DNA of 64,000 nucleotides. Source: Acidobacteriota bacterium. Its GTDB lineage: Bacteria; Acidobacteriota; UBA890; WLXD01. The DNA is taken from the NCBI GenBank assembly GCA_965248695.1, contig CBDFKD010000002.1:928001-992000 (forward strand), given 5' to 3'. The notes under the pieces are model-generated. The model was not told the DNA's origin. It ran no database searches and worked only from the letters and a program-made list of their open reading frames with translations. This document shows positions 1 through 10,200 of this stretch, piece by piece (position 1 is the first letter of the stretch; every line of letters starts with the position of its first letter). The position numbers and the translations under genes are program-made.

Positions 1-625
1 TGCGGTGGTAGCGCCCCGTTTGCGCGCTCAGCCGGCTGGCACCGCCCTTATCGAGCATCTCGAGGCAGGTCGTATCGAGATCATCGACGCCACCGACGCC
101 GACGTTGCCGAGCTCGCCGATACGGAGTCACCGCAGGGGGTGCTGCTGGGATGCGAGCAACCGTCCGCATCTCTCGAGACCATCAAGAGCACTCGGGTGC
201 TGGTTGCCGACGCGATTGGAGATCCGGGCAACCTCGGCGCGCTGGTCCGATCTGCCGCGGCTTTCGGTGTCAGCGCGGTGGTGGCGCTCGACGGCACCGT
301 CGACCCGTGGAATCCGAAGGCGGTGCGCGCTTCCGCTGGAAGCATCGCGCGGGTGACGATGCTGCGCGCCAGCTGGCCGGAGATCGACGGGTGGCGCTCG
401 TCTCGGCACCTCGACGTGCTGGTGGCGGACCGCGGCGGCGAACCGCCGGAGTTGCCGGGGCGCGGCTGGGTGCTGGTCGTCGGAAGCGAGCCTCGTGGCG
501 CACGCGCGGAGGTCCTGGCCGCCGCCAGTCACCGCATCGCGATTCCGATGTCCGGCGGCATAGACTCGCTCAACGCCGCCGTGGCGGGCTCCATCTTGAT
601 GTACGCCTTGACGCGCAAGCCCTGA
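1..625 (+). CDS. TrmH/SpoU-family RNA 2'-O-methyltransferase (5' end probably outside the window)
   Basis: SpoU motifs TESPQG, DPGNLGALVRSAAAFG, VGSEPRG, IPMSGGIDSLNAAVA. Confidence 0.9.
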   Translation, partial: AVVAPRLRAQPAGTALIEHLEAGRIEIIDATDADVAELADTESPQGVLLGCEQPSASLETIKSTRVLVADAIGDPGNLGALVRSAAAFGVSAVVALDGTVDPWNPKAVRASAGSIARVTMLRASWPEIDGWRSSRHLDVLVADRGGEPPELPGRGWVLVVGSEPRGARAEVLAAASHRIAIPMSGGIDSLNAAVAGSILMYALTRKP

Positions 626-644
626 AGGCAACGGGAGGAAAGAC

Positions 645-803
645 ATGAAGAGCTCCGACGCCGCGAGACACGGCATCAGCTTCGGCTCCGCCCTGGCGAT
701 CGCCATCTCGTTCAGCCTGCACCACTCGGTGCTCTGGGCCATCATCCACGGGCTCTTCTCGTGGCTCTACGTCATCTACTACGTGCTCACTCAAGCTCGC
801 TGA
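645..803 (+). CDS. Small hydrophobic membrane protein, 52 aa (MKSSDAARHGISFGSALAIAISFSLHHSVLWAIIHGLFSWLYVIYYVLTQAR)
   Basis: Translated by hand because it is below the ORF-track cutoff. GGGAGG RBS at 633-638, ATG 645, TGA 801-803, two hydrophobic segments, GC3-biased codons. Confidence 0.75.
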   Translation: MKSSDAARHGISFGSALAIAISFSLHHSVLWAIIHGLFSWLYVIYYVLTQAR

Positions 804-871
804 GCGACTGCGGCGGCCGTGGTGCGGAATCAGAATCGACCGCCAGACGCCCCGATGACACACCGGCTGCC

Positions 872-2113
872 ATGAAGCCGTCCGCCATGAACAAGTCGTG
901 CATCGTGGTGCTGGGCACCGGCTTCGGCGCCATGCAGGTGGTGCGCCGGCTCGATCGCGCCCATTTCGACGTCACCGTCGTCAGCCCGCGCAACTACTTT
1001 CTGTTCACGCCGCTGCTGGCCAGCACCACCGTCGGCACGATCGAGTTCCGCAGCATCATCGAGCCGATCCGTTCGGTGCGCGACCTGACCTACTATCAGG
1101 CGGCCTGCGAGGCGATCGATCCGGCGGCGCAGCGGATCGAGTGCGAGGCGATGAGCGACGGCCACCGCTTCGAGCTCGACTACGACCATCTCGTGGTAGC
1201 GGTTGGCGCCGGCAACAACACCTTCGGCGTCGCCGGGGTACACGAGCACTGCCTGTTCCTGCGCGACCTGCCGGATGCGCGCACCATCCGCCAACGCATC
1301 ATCGAGCAGCTCGAGCGTGCCAGCCGTCCCGGTATCGATACCGAGACGCGCGACCGCCTGCTGCACTTCGTGGTCATCGGCGGTGGGCCTACGGGCGTCG
1401 AGTTCGCCGCCGAGCTGCACGACTTCATCGACGCCGACCTGCATCGCTGGTTCCGCGCCACCGTGGACCATGTGCGCATCACGCTACTGGAGTCGTCGGG
1501 CTCCATTCTCGGCGCTTTCGACCAGAGTCTGTCGCGCTTCGCGGCGCGCCGCTTCCGCCGGCAGGACATCGATGTGCGCACCCACACGCGGGTAACCGCC
1601 ATCGATGTTGACTGCGTGAGTCTGGACAGCGGCGAGCGGCTCGCCTACGGGGTGGCCGTGTGGTCGGCTGGGAATGCGCCGACGTCGCTGATCGCCAGCC
1701 TCGACTGGCCCAAATCGCGCGACGGACGCCTGGTGGCCGGGGCGACGCTCAGGGTTCCCGGACAGAACAACGTCTGGGCGCTCGGCGACTGCGCGGTAGT
1801 CGACGGCGAGTCCCTGCCCCCCACCGCGCAAGTGGCGCAGCAGCAAGGCAAGTACCTCGCCAACAACCTCAATCGCCTGGCCACGGGACGTGCCGAGAAA
1901 CGCTTCCGCTTCCGCCATCTCGGCATGCTCGCCTACGTAGGTGAGCACCGGGCGCTGGCCGATCTGCCGAGCGTCAAGGGCCGCGGCTTCGTCACGTGGG
2001 TGTTCTGGCGCTCGGTGTACTGGACGCGCCTGGTCAGCCTGCGCAACAAGGTACTGGTGGTGTTCGACTGGCTCACCACCCTGGCGTTCGGTCGCGACGT
2101 GAGTAGGTTCTGA
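872..2113 (+). CDS. ndh: Type II NADH dehydrogenase (NDH-2), FAD-dependent; start at 872 or 887
   Basis: VVLGTGFGA, SPRNYFLFTPLL, VIGGGPTGVEFAAEL, WALGDCA, LPPTAQVAQQQG, and a C-terminal amphipathic segment ending FGRDVSRF. Confidence 0.9.
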   Translation: MKPSAMNKSCIVVLGTGFGAMQVVRRLDRAHFDVTVVSPRNYFLFTPLLASTTVGTIEFRSIIEPIRSVRDLTYYQAACEAIDPAAQRIECEAMSDGHRFELDYDHLVVAVGAGNNTFGVAGVHEHCLFLRDLPDARTIRQRIIEQLERASRPGIDTETRDRLLHFVVIGGGPTGVEFAAELHDFIDADLHRWFRATVDHVRITLLESSGSILGAFDQSLSRFAARRFRRQDIDVRTHTRVTAIDVDCVSLDSGERLAYGVAVWSAGNAPTSLIASLDWPKSRDGRLVAGATLRVPGQNNVWALGDCAVVDGESLPPTAQVAQQQGKYLANNLNRLATGRAEKRFRFRHLGMLAYVGEHRALADLPSVKGRGFVTWVFWRSVYWTRLVSLRNKVLVVFDWLTTLAFGRDVSRF

Positions 2114-2121
2114 GATGCTAG

Positions 2122-2392
2122 CAGGCCGTGGTGAAAGTGTGGTGGGTCTGGCGACAGGGTTTTGCGAGGCGCAGGCCAGGAGAGAGGAGGAGGCGATGGT
2201 TACCCCATCGTTGACGACAAACGACGCAGCATCCGCGCGCAACCCCCAGTCGCCCGAAGGGTTACGGCGATTTGGGGCCATCTGCGGCGTTGGCCTTCCT
2301 CGACGATGGCTAGGGCATCGTGTGCGTCAGGCCGCCTTGCATCTGGCCCCAACTCGCCGTAACCAGACCCACCACACTTTCACCACGACCTG
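2122..2392. mobile_element. Non-autonomous MITE-like element (271 bp) with long terminal inverted repeats, flanked by CTAG
   Basis: 2117-2151 (GCTAGCAGGCCGTGGTGAAAGTGTGGTGGGTCTGG) matches the reverse complement of 2363-2397 at 34/35 nt. CTAG lies at 2118-2121 and 2393-2396. Internal hairpins, no transposase. Confidence 0.75.
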
Positions 2393-2398
2393 CTAGCG

Positions 2399-3355
2399 AT
2401 GAGGCCACTGGCGGCCCGCCGGCCAACCAGCGCCGGGCAAGCGGCTACGCTGGCGCTGATTCTGGCAACGTTGGTGTCGGCGGCGGCAGCGGTGGCGGCT
2501 GGATGCTCCGCGCCTCCTGACAGCGAAGAACACGACACCCGGCACCGAACGACGAGCCCCATGACGAACCGACCCTTGATCAACATCGCCCATCGCGGCG
2601 CTTCCGCCTACGCCCCTGAGCACACGTTCGCCTCCTGGGATCTGGCGCTGACGATGAACGCCGACTATCTCGAGCAGGACCTGCAGATGACCGCCGACGG
2701 CGTGCTGGTGGTAATGCACGACGACACCCTCGACCGCACGACTCGCGGACCCGAGGAAACCTGTCGCGGACCGGTGATCGAGAGGACGCTGGCGCAGCTC
2801 GCGGGCTGCGACGCCGGCTCCTGGTTCAACGAAGAACACCCTGATCGCGCCCGTCCCGAGTTCGCCGAGCAGCGCATCCCGACGCTCGAGAGCGTCTTCG
2901 AGCGCTACGCCGGTCGGGCGCGCTTTTACATCGAGACCAAGAACCCCGAGGCCGCGCCAGGCATGGAAGAGGAGCTGCTGCGTTTGCTGCACGCCTTCGA
3001 CCTGGTGCCGTCGTCGCTCGACGACCACACGGTAATCCTGCAGTCGTTCAGCCCCGCCAGCCTGATGAAGTTGCGCGACCTGGAGCCGACGCTCCCCCGG
3101 GTGCAGCTCGCTCCCGGGCGCGAGACCACTGCCAGCATCCGCTCACAGCTGGGCGAGGTCGCCACCTACGCCCAGGGGATCGGGCCACACTACAGCGATG
3201 TGAACGAAGCCCTGCTCGCCGACGCAAACGACCTCGGCCTCATCGTGCACGCCTACACGGTCGACGAGCCCGAGGAAATGCGGCGGTTGATCGGCATCGG
3301 CGTCGACGGGATGTTCACCAACGTGCCGGACGTACTCGCTGCCATCGCGCGCTGA
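2399..3355 (+). CDS. glpQ: Glycerophosphodiester phosphodiesterase, probable lipoprotein
   Basis: IAHRGASAYAPEHT, EQDLQMTADG, MHDDTLDRT, YIETK, GVDGMFTN; signal peptide ending in AAGC lipobox. Confidence 0.88.
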   Translation: MRPLAARRPTSAGQAATLALILATLVSAAAAVAAGCSAPPDSEEHDTRHRTTSPMTNRPLINIAHRGASAYAPEHTFASWDLALTMNADYLEQDLQMTADGVLVVMHDDTLDRTTRGPEETCRGPVIERTLAQLAGCDAGSWFNEEHPDRARPEFAEQRIPTLESVFERYAGRARFYIETKNPEAAPGMEEELLRLLHAFDLVPSSLDDHTVILQSFSPASLMKLRDLEPTLPRVQLAPGRETTASIRSQLGEVATYAQGIGPHYSDVNEALLADANDLGLIVHAYTVDEPEEMRRLIGIGVDGMFTNVPDVLAAIAR

Positions 3356-3394
3356 ACGCGAGAACCGGTGAGCACTGAACATCGGAACCCGCCC

Positions 3395-4951
3395 CTATTG
3401 GTACACCCACGGGCCCAGGGGCACGTCGTTCTTGCAGCTGTCGTCGATCTTCGCGTACGGATCATCCAGGAAATCCGAAACGAGCTTAGGTCGGCAGTCC
3501 CCCGGTAACCCGTGTCGCTGACCCTGCAGCTCAATGATCTGCAGGTTGGGCATCGTTCGTGCCACGTGGTGACCCCAGCGCGGGCTGCAGCACACGTCGA
3601 CCTGACCATGCAGCGATAGCCCGGGAACGTCCGAGTGGAAGCGGTCGTTGTGCTCCGGCGGCACAGCCCCGTCAGCACCCCACCAGGCGCACATCTTGGC
3701 GTCCTCGAAGGCCAATAACGCCGGCTCGCGCTCGACCATGGCGATGACGTCTTCCTTGGTCGGACGGTTCGCCCCCATGTCGCCGCAAATGTGCGCCAGA
3801 TGCGTGCCCAGCGGCGGCACCGGCAGGCCGCTGACGAATCGGGCATCGGTTCCGGCCAGAATGCGCCCGTAGTTCTCGGTCTCGACCTCGGCCCAGCTGT
3901 CGGCGTCGAAGAAGTCGTCGAGCGCCGAGTAATCACCCTTCTGCACCCTCGACAGCACGTTGGGCAGCTTCATGTAGATCGTCTCGAAGCGGCGGTAGAG
4001 GCGCCCCATGAACGCTACGCCGTCGAACGACATGGTGACCGTCGTGCCGTCCCGGGTCTGCACCGTCTTGGTGTGCGGCCGCTCATCCAGAATGCGGCGT
4101 ACCCGATCGATCTCGTAGTACCAGGCGGGGAGCAGCTCGCGACAGTGCGGGTCTTCGGCGACGCAGAGCCCGAGGATGTCGGTGTACACCTGCTTGATGG
4201 TGTAGAACTCGTCGATCGCGGCGCGGTTGCGGATCTCGCCGAACCAGGGGCTGAGCAGGACGATCGAGCGCACGCGGTCGGGGAAGTAGCGCAGGTACGC
4301 GATCACGCTGCCGCCGCCGGTGGAGTAACCGTAGGCGTTGATCTGTTCGTGGCCGAGGAGCTGACGGATCTCGTCGACATCGCGGGCGATGTCGTACTCG
4401 TTGTACTTGGTGACGTCGATGCCCTCCGCCATCAGCTTGTCGTAGCAGCGCTCGACGGTCTCGGCGTGCAGGCGCAGCCGCTCCATGGAGTCGTTGGTCA
4501 GAACGATCGACGGCGCCAGCCGGTTCTGGTAGGGCGACATGGCGATGTCGGGGCACGACAGCGTCGGCTCGGAGTTGAAGAAGCCGCGGTGATCGATGAG
4601 CACCAGCGTGCGGGTCGCAGCGTCGGTGCGTAGCCAATCGACATAGGCGCGCATAGGAGACAGCCCCGGACCGCCGGGAAAATACACGACCGGATCGGGG
4701 TGCGGACGTGCGGACCCGTGGTCGGGGGCCATGACGGCGACCGGGAGCTCGACGATGGTGCCGTTCGGATCGTCACGATCCTCCTGGCCGAAGAACCGGT
4801 AACACTCGGCGTTGGCCCCGAGGAGCTCCGGGGTCGTGCACTCGGCTGACTCCAGCCTCGGCACCTGCGCCTGAATCTGCGCTGAGGGAGCGCCCGCCAG
4901 CGCGAGCAGCCAGACGATCGAGGCGGCAGCGAGCCTGCGGCGCGTGAGCAC
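3395..4951 (-). CDS. Secreted alpha/beta hydrolase (TAP-like peptidase/esterase)
   Basis: Signal peptide, FPGGPG oxyanion motif, DHRG, GYSTG nucleophile elbow, C-terminal Asp/His region (GQVD...GQRHG). Likely start is GTG 4951. Confidence 0.8.
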   Translation of the reverse strand: MLTRRRLAAASIVWLLALAGAPSAQIQAQVPRLESAECTTPELLGANAECYRFFGQEDRDDPNGTIVELPVAVMAPDHGSARPHPDPVVYFPGGPGLSPMRAYVDWLRTDAATRTLVLIDHRGFFNSEPTLSCPDIAMSPYQNRLAPSIVLTNDSMERLRLHAETVERCYDKLMAEGIDVTKYNEYDIARDVDEIRQLLGHEQINAYGYSTGGGSVIAYLRYFPDRVRSIVLLSPWFGEIRNRAAIDEFYTIKQVYTDILGLCVAEDPHCRELLPAWYYEIDRVRRILDERPHTKTVQTRDGTTVTMSFDGVAFMGRLYRRFETIYMKLPNVLSRVQKGDYSALDDFFDADSWAEVETENYGRILAGTDARFVSGLPVPPLGTHLAHICGDMGANRPTKEDVIAMVEREPALLAFEDAKMCAWWGADGAVPPEHNDRFHSDVPGLSLHGQVDVCCSPRWGHHVARTMPNLQIIELQGQRHGLPGDCRPKLVSDFLDDPYAKIDDSCKNDVPLGPWVYQ

Positions 4952-4968
4952 TCTGACCGCGCTCGGTT

Positions 4969-5590
4969 CTACTCGAATACCCATGGCCCCAGGGACACGT
5001 CGTCGGTGCAGCTATCGTCGACTTCGGCATCCGGGTCGTCCAGGAAGCTCGAGATCACCTGCGGCCGACACTCCCCCGCCAGCCCATGCCCGAGCGCCTG
5101 AAACTCGAGGATCTGCAGATTGGGCATTGTGCGCGCCAGATAATGGCCCCAGCGCGTGGTGCAGCACGAGTCGACCTGACCGTGCAGCGACAGCCCGGGA
5201 ACATCGGAGTAAAAGCGATCGTTGTGCTCTGGTGGCACGGCGCCGTCCACACCCCACCAGGCGCAGATCTTGTTGTCCTCGAACGCTACCAGCGCCGGCT
5301 CGCGCTCGAGCATGGCGAAGACGTCGTCCTTGGTCGGTCGATTCGCGCCCATATCGCCGCAAACGTGGGCAAGGTAGTAACCGTAGGGCTGCCGCTCGTC
5401 GACGTCATCGGGCGACACCTCACGCCAGCCGTCAATGCTGAAGAAGTCGTCGAGCGCCGAGTAGTCGTGCCGCTGTACCCGCGACAGCACGTTCGGCAGC
5501 TTCATGTAGATGTCCTCGAAGCGGCGATAGATCTTGGCGATCAGGGCGACACCGTCGAACGTCAGGGTAACCGTCCTGCCGTCGTCCGTC
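4969..5590 (-). pseudogene. 3' part of a paralogous alpha/beta hydrolase; the 5' part is lost at the IS boundary
   Basis: The frame aligns with the neighbouring hydrolase (DGRTVTLTFDGVALIAKIYRRFEDIYMKLPNVLSRVQ vs DGTTVTMSFDGVAFMGRLYRRFETIYMKLPNVLSRVQ) right up to 5590, where the IS begins. Confidence 0.85.
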
Positions 5591-5667
5591 TGACCTGCCC
5601 CCCAATAATCGGGCCAGTCTGAGAGTTAGGATTTGAGGCTCTCAGGATGGCTCGGGAAGGGGGAAGA

Positions 5668-5947
5668 ATGGGCGCGGAAGCGGTACACTGTAGAGCAGAT
5701 CATCGCCAAGCTCAGGGAGGCAGAGATCGAGCTAGCGAAAGGGGCCAAGACACCGGAGGCATGCCGCAAGCTGGGAATCAGCGAGAACACGTATTACCGG
5801 TGGCGCAAGGAGTACGGTGGACTGAGGGTGGATCAGGCACGGCGACTCAAGGAGCTGGAGCGGGAAAACGGCCGGCTCAAGAAGTTGCTGGCGGAGACGA
5901 TGCTCGACAACGCCATCCTCAAAGAGGTTTCGTCGGGAAACTTCTGA
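5668..5947 (+). CDS. IS3 OrfA (HTH); the expected ATG at 5668 is 1 nt out of frame
   Basis: ARKRYTVEQIIAKLREAE...CRKLGISENTYYRWRKEYGG...LKELERENGRLKKL. Confidence 0.8.
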
Positions 5948-5969
5948 GCCCGGCACGACGGAGCCGGGC
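5935..5969 (+). promoter_or_regulatory. -1 programmed ribosomal frameshift signal joining OrfA and OrfB
   Basis: Slippery heptamer G GGA AAC (5935-5941) in OrfA phase, a 6-nt spacer, then hairpin GCCCGGC-N8-GCCGGGC (5948-5969). Confidence 0.85.
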
Positions 5970-6828
5970 AGTGCACCACGCACAGCAGTCGTTGGGTGTG
6001 TCCGAGAGGCGAGCCTGCAGAGTACTGGGCCGGGTGCGCTCGACGCAGCAGTATCGGCCCAAGGTGCCGCAGGAGGAGAAGGCACTGGTGGAGCGGATGA
6101 CCCAGCTGGCGACGCAGTACGGGCGCTATGGGTACCGGCGGATCACGGCGCTGTTGGTACGTGAGGGGTGGCGAGTGAATCACAAGAGGGTCGAACGGTT
6201 ATGGCGTCGTGAGGGGCTGAAGGTACCGAAAAAGCAGCCCAAGCGCGGACGCTGGTGGCGCAATGATGGATCGTGCGTGCGGCTGCGGCCGGAGAGGAAA
6301 GATCACGTCTGGGCCTATGACTTCGTGCACGAACGAACTCACGACGGGCGAGCGTTTCGTCTACTGACGATCGTGGATGAGTACACGAGAGAGTGCTTGG
6401 CAATCGATGTAGCACGCAGGCTCAACTCCGAGAACGTGCTGGAGCGACTCGCTGAGCTGTTCGTGAACCGGGGTGTTGCCGATCACATCCGCTCCGACAA
6501 CGGACCGGAGTTCACTTCTCGGGCAGTGCGTGAATGGCTCGAGCGAATCGGTGTGAAGACGCTGTTCATTGAGCCCGGATCGCCATGGGAAAACGGCTAT
6601 GTGGAGAGCTTCAACGGCAAGCTCCGAGACGAGCTGCTGAACGGCGAGATCTTCTACACGCTCAAGGAGGCGCAGTGCTTGGTGCACCGCTGGCGCCGCC
6701 AGTACAACCAGGTGCGGCCCCATAGCTCGTTGGGCTATCGACCGCCTGCACCCGAAGCGACGTTGTTGCAGCCGGCTACGCTCCGCTTCGCCAGCTCCAA
6801 CAATCTCTTGCCAGTACCGATTCTATGA
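5938..6828 (+). CDS. IS3 OrfB DDE transposase (rve integrase core)
   Basis: RYGYRRI, VNHKRVERLWR, WAYDF, IVDEYTRECL, RSDNGPEF, GSPWENGYVESFNGKLRDE, RPHSSLGY. Confidence 0.93.
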   Translation, partial: KLLSPARRSRAVHHAQQSLGVSERRACRVLGRVRSTQQYRPKVPQEEKALVERMTQLATQYGRYGYRRITALLVREGWRVNHKRVERLWRREGLKVPKKQPKRGRWWRNDGSCVRLRPERKDHVWAYDFVHERTHDGRAFRLLTIVDEYTRECLAIDVARRLNSENVLERLAELFVNRGVADHIRSDNGPEFTSRAVREWLERIGVKTLFIEPGSPWENGYVESFNGKLRDELLNGEIFYTLKEAQCLVHRWRRQYNQVRPHSSLGYRPPAPEATLLQPATLRFASSNNLLPVPIL

Positions 6829-6862
6829 GTTACGAAGTGGCCCAAACACTTGGGGCAGGTCA

Positions 6863-7177
6863 CGCTGCCAGAACCGCGACGGCGGTGGCCTGTTGGTCAC
6901 ACCAACCGATTCCGCGAACCAGGTCGTTCCACGCGTACGTGTCGACGATCGGCCCACCCTCAGCGAGCAACTCAGAGTGTACGAAGGCCATGAGCTGCAG
7001 CAGTGTCTGTTCCGCCGTCTCCGGGTCCGAAAGAGCTTGATCCAGGACCCGCTCGTAGCCGATCTCCGTATACAACCGCTCGCGGACGCGGTCAGAGAAG
7101 ACCACCGCCGACACTATGCCGATGGCGACCAGCAACCCGACACCGAGACCGGCAGTGAGCACTCGCCGTTTGGACAT
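6863..7177 (-). pseudogene. N-terminal fragment of a membrane-anchored protein, possibly transglutaminase-like, cut by the IS
   Basis: N-terminal TM helix and a GIGWCDQQA motif. The stop codon is supplied by the IS end (6860-6862). Confidence 0.6.
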
Positions 7178-7284
7178 TTGGACGATTCGCGGTGGGAGAA
7201 AGAGCGTGGACCACGGGTACCGTAGCTGCGTGGGCGTCGGTGGGCAAGGAACCGCCGTAGCTTGCCCTTAAAACCGCAGGTTTG

Positions 7285-10200
7285 TCATTCGGTCGCGCTC
7301 ACAACGAGCGTTGCCGTACCCCGCCCGCTTACGAGCTCGTCAAGGGATCGGTCGAACTGTAGGGTCCCGACTCCCTGCACAGTGAAGTCGAACCATGGCA
7401 TTGCGGTTCCCCCGTCTGGCAGGAACGACAATCCGTGCCCGCCGGGCATCAGAACGAACGGCACCGGATCGGTCGCTCGTGTGAACTCGACCTGATCAGG
7501 GCTGCCGTCGAAGCGTTGCCAGAGCCCGCCCAGCTCGAACCTCTCGTAGCTCGACTCGCTAACATCGATCCCGATCGGTATGCCGCGCAACACCATCGCT
7601 CTTGTCCCGCGTCCATCAACCAACGAGTCAAGGGGAGGGTCGAACCGGATCCTGCCGTCAGGCTGTACCGTGAAATCGAACCCCGGAGCTTCGCGACGGC
7701 TGTTTGGTAGCAGCGACAGTTGGTGCCCGCCGGGCATCAGAACGACCGGCACCGCATCGGTCGCGTCGACAATCTCGACCTCGTCAAGGCTGCTGCCGAG
7801 GCGCTGACCGAGCCCGCCCAGCTCGAACCTGTTGTAGCTCAACTCACTGACATCGATTTCGATCGGAATACCGCGCAATACCATCGCCCCTGTACCGCGA
7901 CCGCCCACCCACGGGTCAAGGGAGGGGTCGAATTGGATTCGACCGTCAGGCTGTACGGTGAAATCGAACCCGGGTGCTGCGCTGTGGGCGTCAGGTAGCA
8001 GCGATAAGCCGTGCCCACCGGGCATCACAACGAACGGCCCAGGATCGGTAGCTCCGATGGTCTCGGCATCACTCAATCTACTGTTGAGGCGTTGGCTGAA
8101 CCCAGTTAGCTCGAACCTGGTGTAGCTCAACTCACCGACATCGATTTCGATCGGAATACCGTGCAATACCATCGCCCCTGTGCCGCGACCGCCCACCAAC
8201 GCGTCAAGGGACGGGTCGAACTGGATCTTCCCGTCAGGCTGCACGACGAAATCGAACCTGGGCGCTGCGCTGCGGGCGCCCGGTAGCCATAGCGTGTGAG
8301 CGCCGGGCATCAGAACGAACGGCACAGGGTCGGTAGCCCCGTTGATTTCATCGGCCCCGTCCAGCTCGAACCTGTCGTAGCCCAACGCGCCGACATCGAT
8401 CTCGACCCGAGTACCGTGCAGCACCATCGCCGTTGTGCCGCGGCCCCCCACCAACGGGTCAAGCGAGGGATCGAACTGGATCTTTCCGTCAACCCGTACG
8501 GTGAAGCTGATCCACGGAGCGGGGCTGCGGCCGTTTAGCAGCTCGAGCCTGTGCTCTCCCAGCGGCAATGCTAACGGCACCGGGCCGCCAGAGCGGTCGA
8601 AACTCCCTACGGTGCGGAGCGCGAACCGACGGTAGCTGAGGTCGCCGACGTCGATACTGATCGGGAATCCGGCGATGGGATTATCGAGCCGAAGCCCACT
8701 TGCGATGGTGCTATCGACCAGTCTCATTGCGGCATCTGTGGGTATCGACCCCGAATCCATGAGGGACAGGACCCTCTCGGCAAACGCGCGCAGGCTCTCG
8801 ACCGCCCGCTCGTCCTCCCGGCGCTCGAGCAATCTCCCCGTCCTCCTCAGGATACGGAGCAACTCTCGTCCCTCTGCCGCCGAGAAATGCCCCTCCTCGA
8901 CCAAGCTGTGGACATCCGGTTCGAGGAGCGCTATGCGATCACGGGGCTCGGGGGGTACGACTCGAAAGCTCTCGACCCCGGCCCGCGTGAGGTCGGCGTC
9001 GATTGCCCGGGCCTGCGCGAGAGCTTGCTGCCACCTGGGCTCCTCGGGAGAGTCTGTGCATACCCTGACTTCGGACCGCAACAACTTCAGGTACCGATAG
9101 TACCGGGGACAGTCCGACGCCAGCGTAGTGGTGTATTCCACTCCGTATTCGCGAAACCGGAAAACAGCCGACCGGAAGTTGGAGAAGTAGACGGGCACCG
9201 GCTGGGGGAGCCCCTGGAGCGCCACCATTGTCCGATGCGCAGCCGATTGAAGAGCGATCTGGCCGCGCCCGTGTTCGTACAGGACCATCCCGACATTGGT
9301 GCCCATGATCACGAGCAGAATCTGCGCGAGTCGCCGCGTTGCTCGTCGGTTCGTCGACCGACATCCGTAGCCGGCAATCAGAACCGGAACAAGCCAGACC
9401 TGTGGCACAAACCGGGCCCACCATGGCTTCGGGAACAGGAGCACGCTGGCCAGGATCACGACCAGCCAGAAACCGAGCTCGGACCGTGACTCGGAGCTCT
9501 GGAACCACATTAGGAGAAGGATCGAGCAGCCCACGAGAAACGCACCGCTCATCCAGGGTCCGAATCCCCCGACGCGGTGATCGGGGTTGAGGTGACGGTA
9601 GCTCGACAATTCGTCGCTGCGAACCTCGAAAGGGATCTTGATCCGGTAGCCGGTAGGCGTCGTGTCACTCTCGTGGGTCGCGGGCATCACCGCAGACTCG
9701 GAGAATATGGAGCCCACCGCCTGAGCGACCTTCCCGGAGGGCTGCACCAATAGCCCCGCGTCGTCCGAGTTCACGACGGTAGCGACCCTCATGAAACTCG
9801 GGACTCCGCCGGCGAGTCCTCCGGCCAGCAGAAGAGAAACGACGATGGCCGCACCCAGTCCAAGGGCGACTGCCCTAGGTCCGGTGAGGCTGCGAAAACG
9901 CTCGCGCGCGTCGCGCCGGCGGAGCAACCAGTAGATAGCACCACCCAGTGCCGTGAAGGCTACGGCCACGACGACCAAGAGAAGATTGGCCGACAAGTCC
10001 AAGTCCCGGAAGCGAAGAATCCTGCCGTGACGGACGAACCCGAGGACATAGGCATGGAAGCCGATCACGCCGATGCCCAGAGCGAGTCCGCTGCATAGGG
10101 ACGCGACACCCCGGCGGGGAGAGAACCCGCGCCACAGCAGAAAGGCCAACGCGCCAGACCCGATGATCACGGCGAAGGCGAGGCCTGTGACCTTGACATT

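Larger units (their letters stand above)
5591..6862 (+). mobile_element. IS3-family insertion sequence (IS407-like), 1272 bp
   Basis: TG...CA ends. IRL TGACCTGCCCCCCAATAATCGGGCCA vs reverse complement of IRR TGACCTGCCCCAAGTGTTTGGGCCA. OrfA/OrfB organisation. Confidence 0.95.

Noticed and set aside
5647-6828. 393-aa ORF as a single native transposase
   Set aside because: The first ~97 codons are the off-frame reading of OrfA; the real product needs the -1 frameshift.
7288-8672. Repeats as a CRISPR array or DGR template/variable pair
   Set aside because: The units are 255-288 nt, in-frame coding repeats with no spacers, and no cas or reverse transcriptase gene is present.
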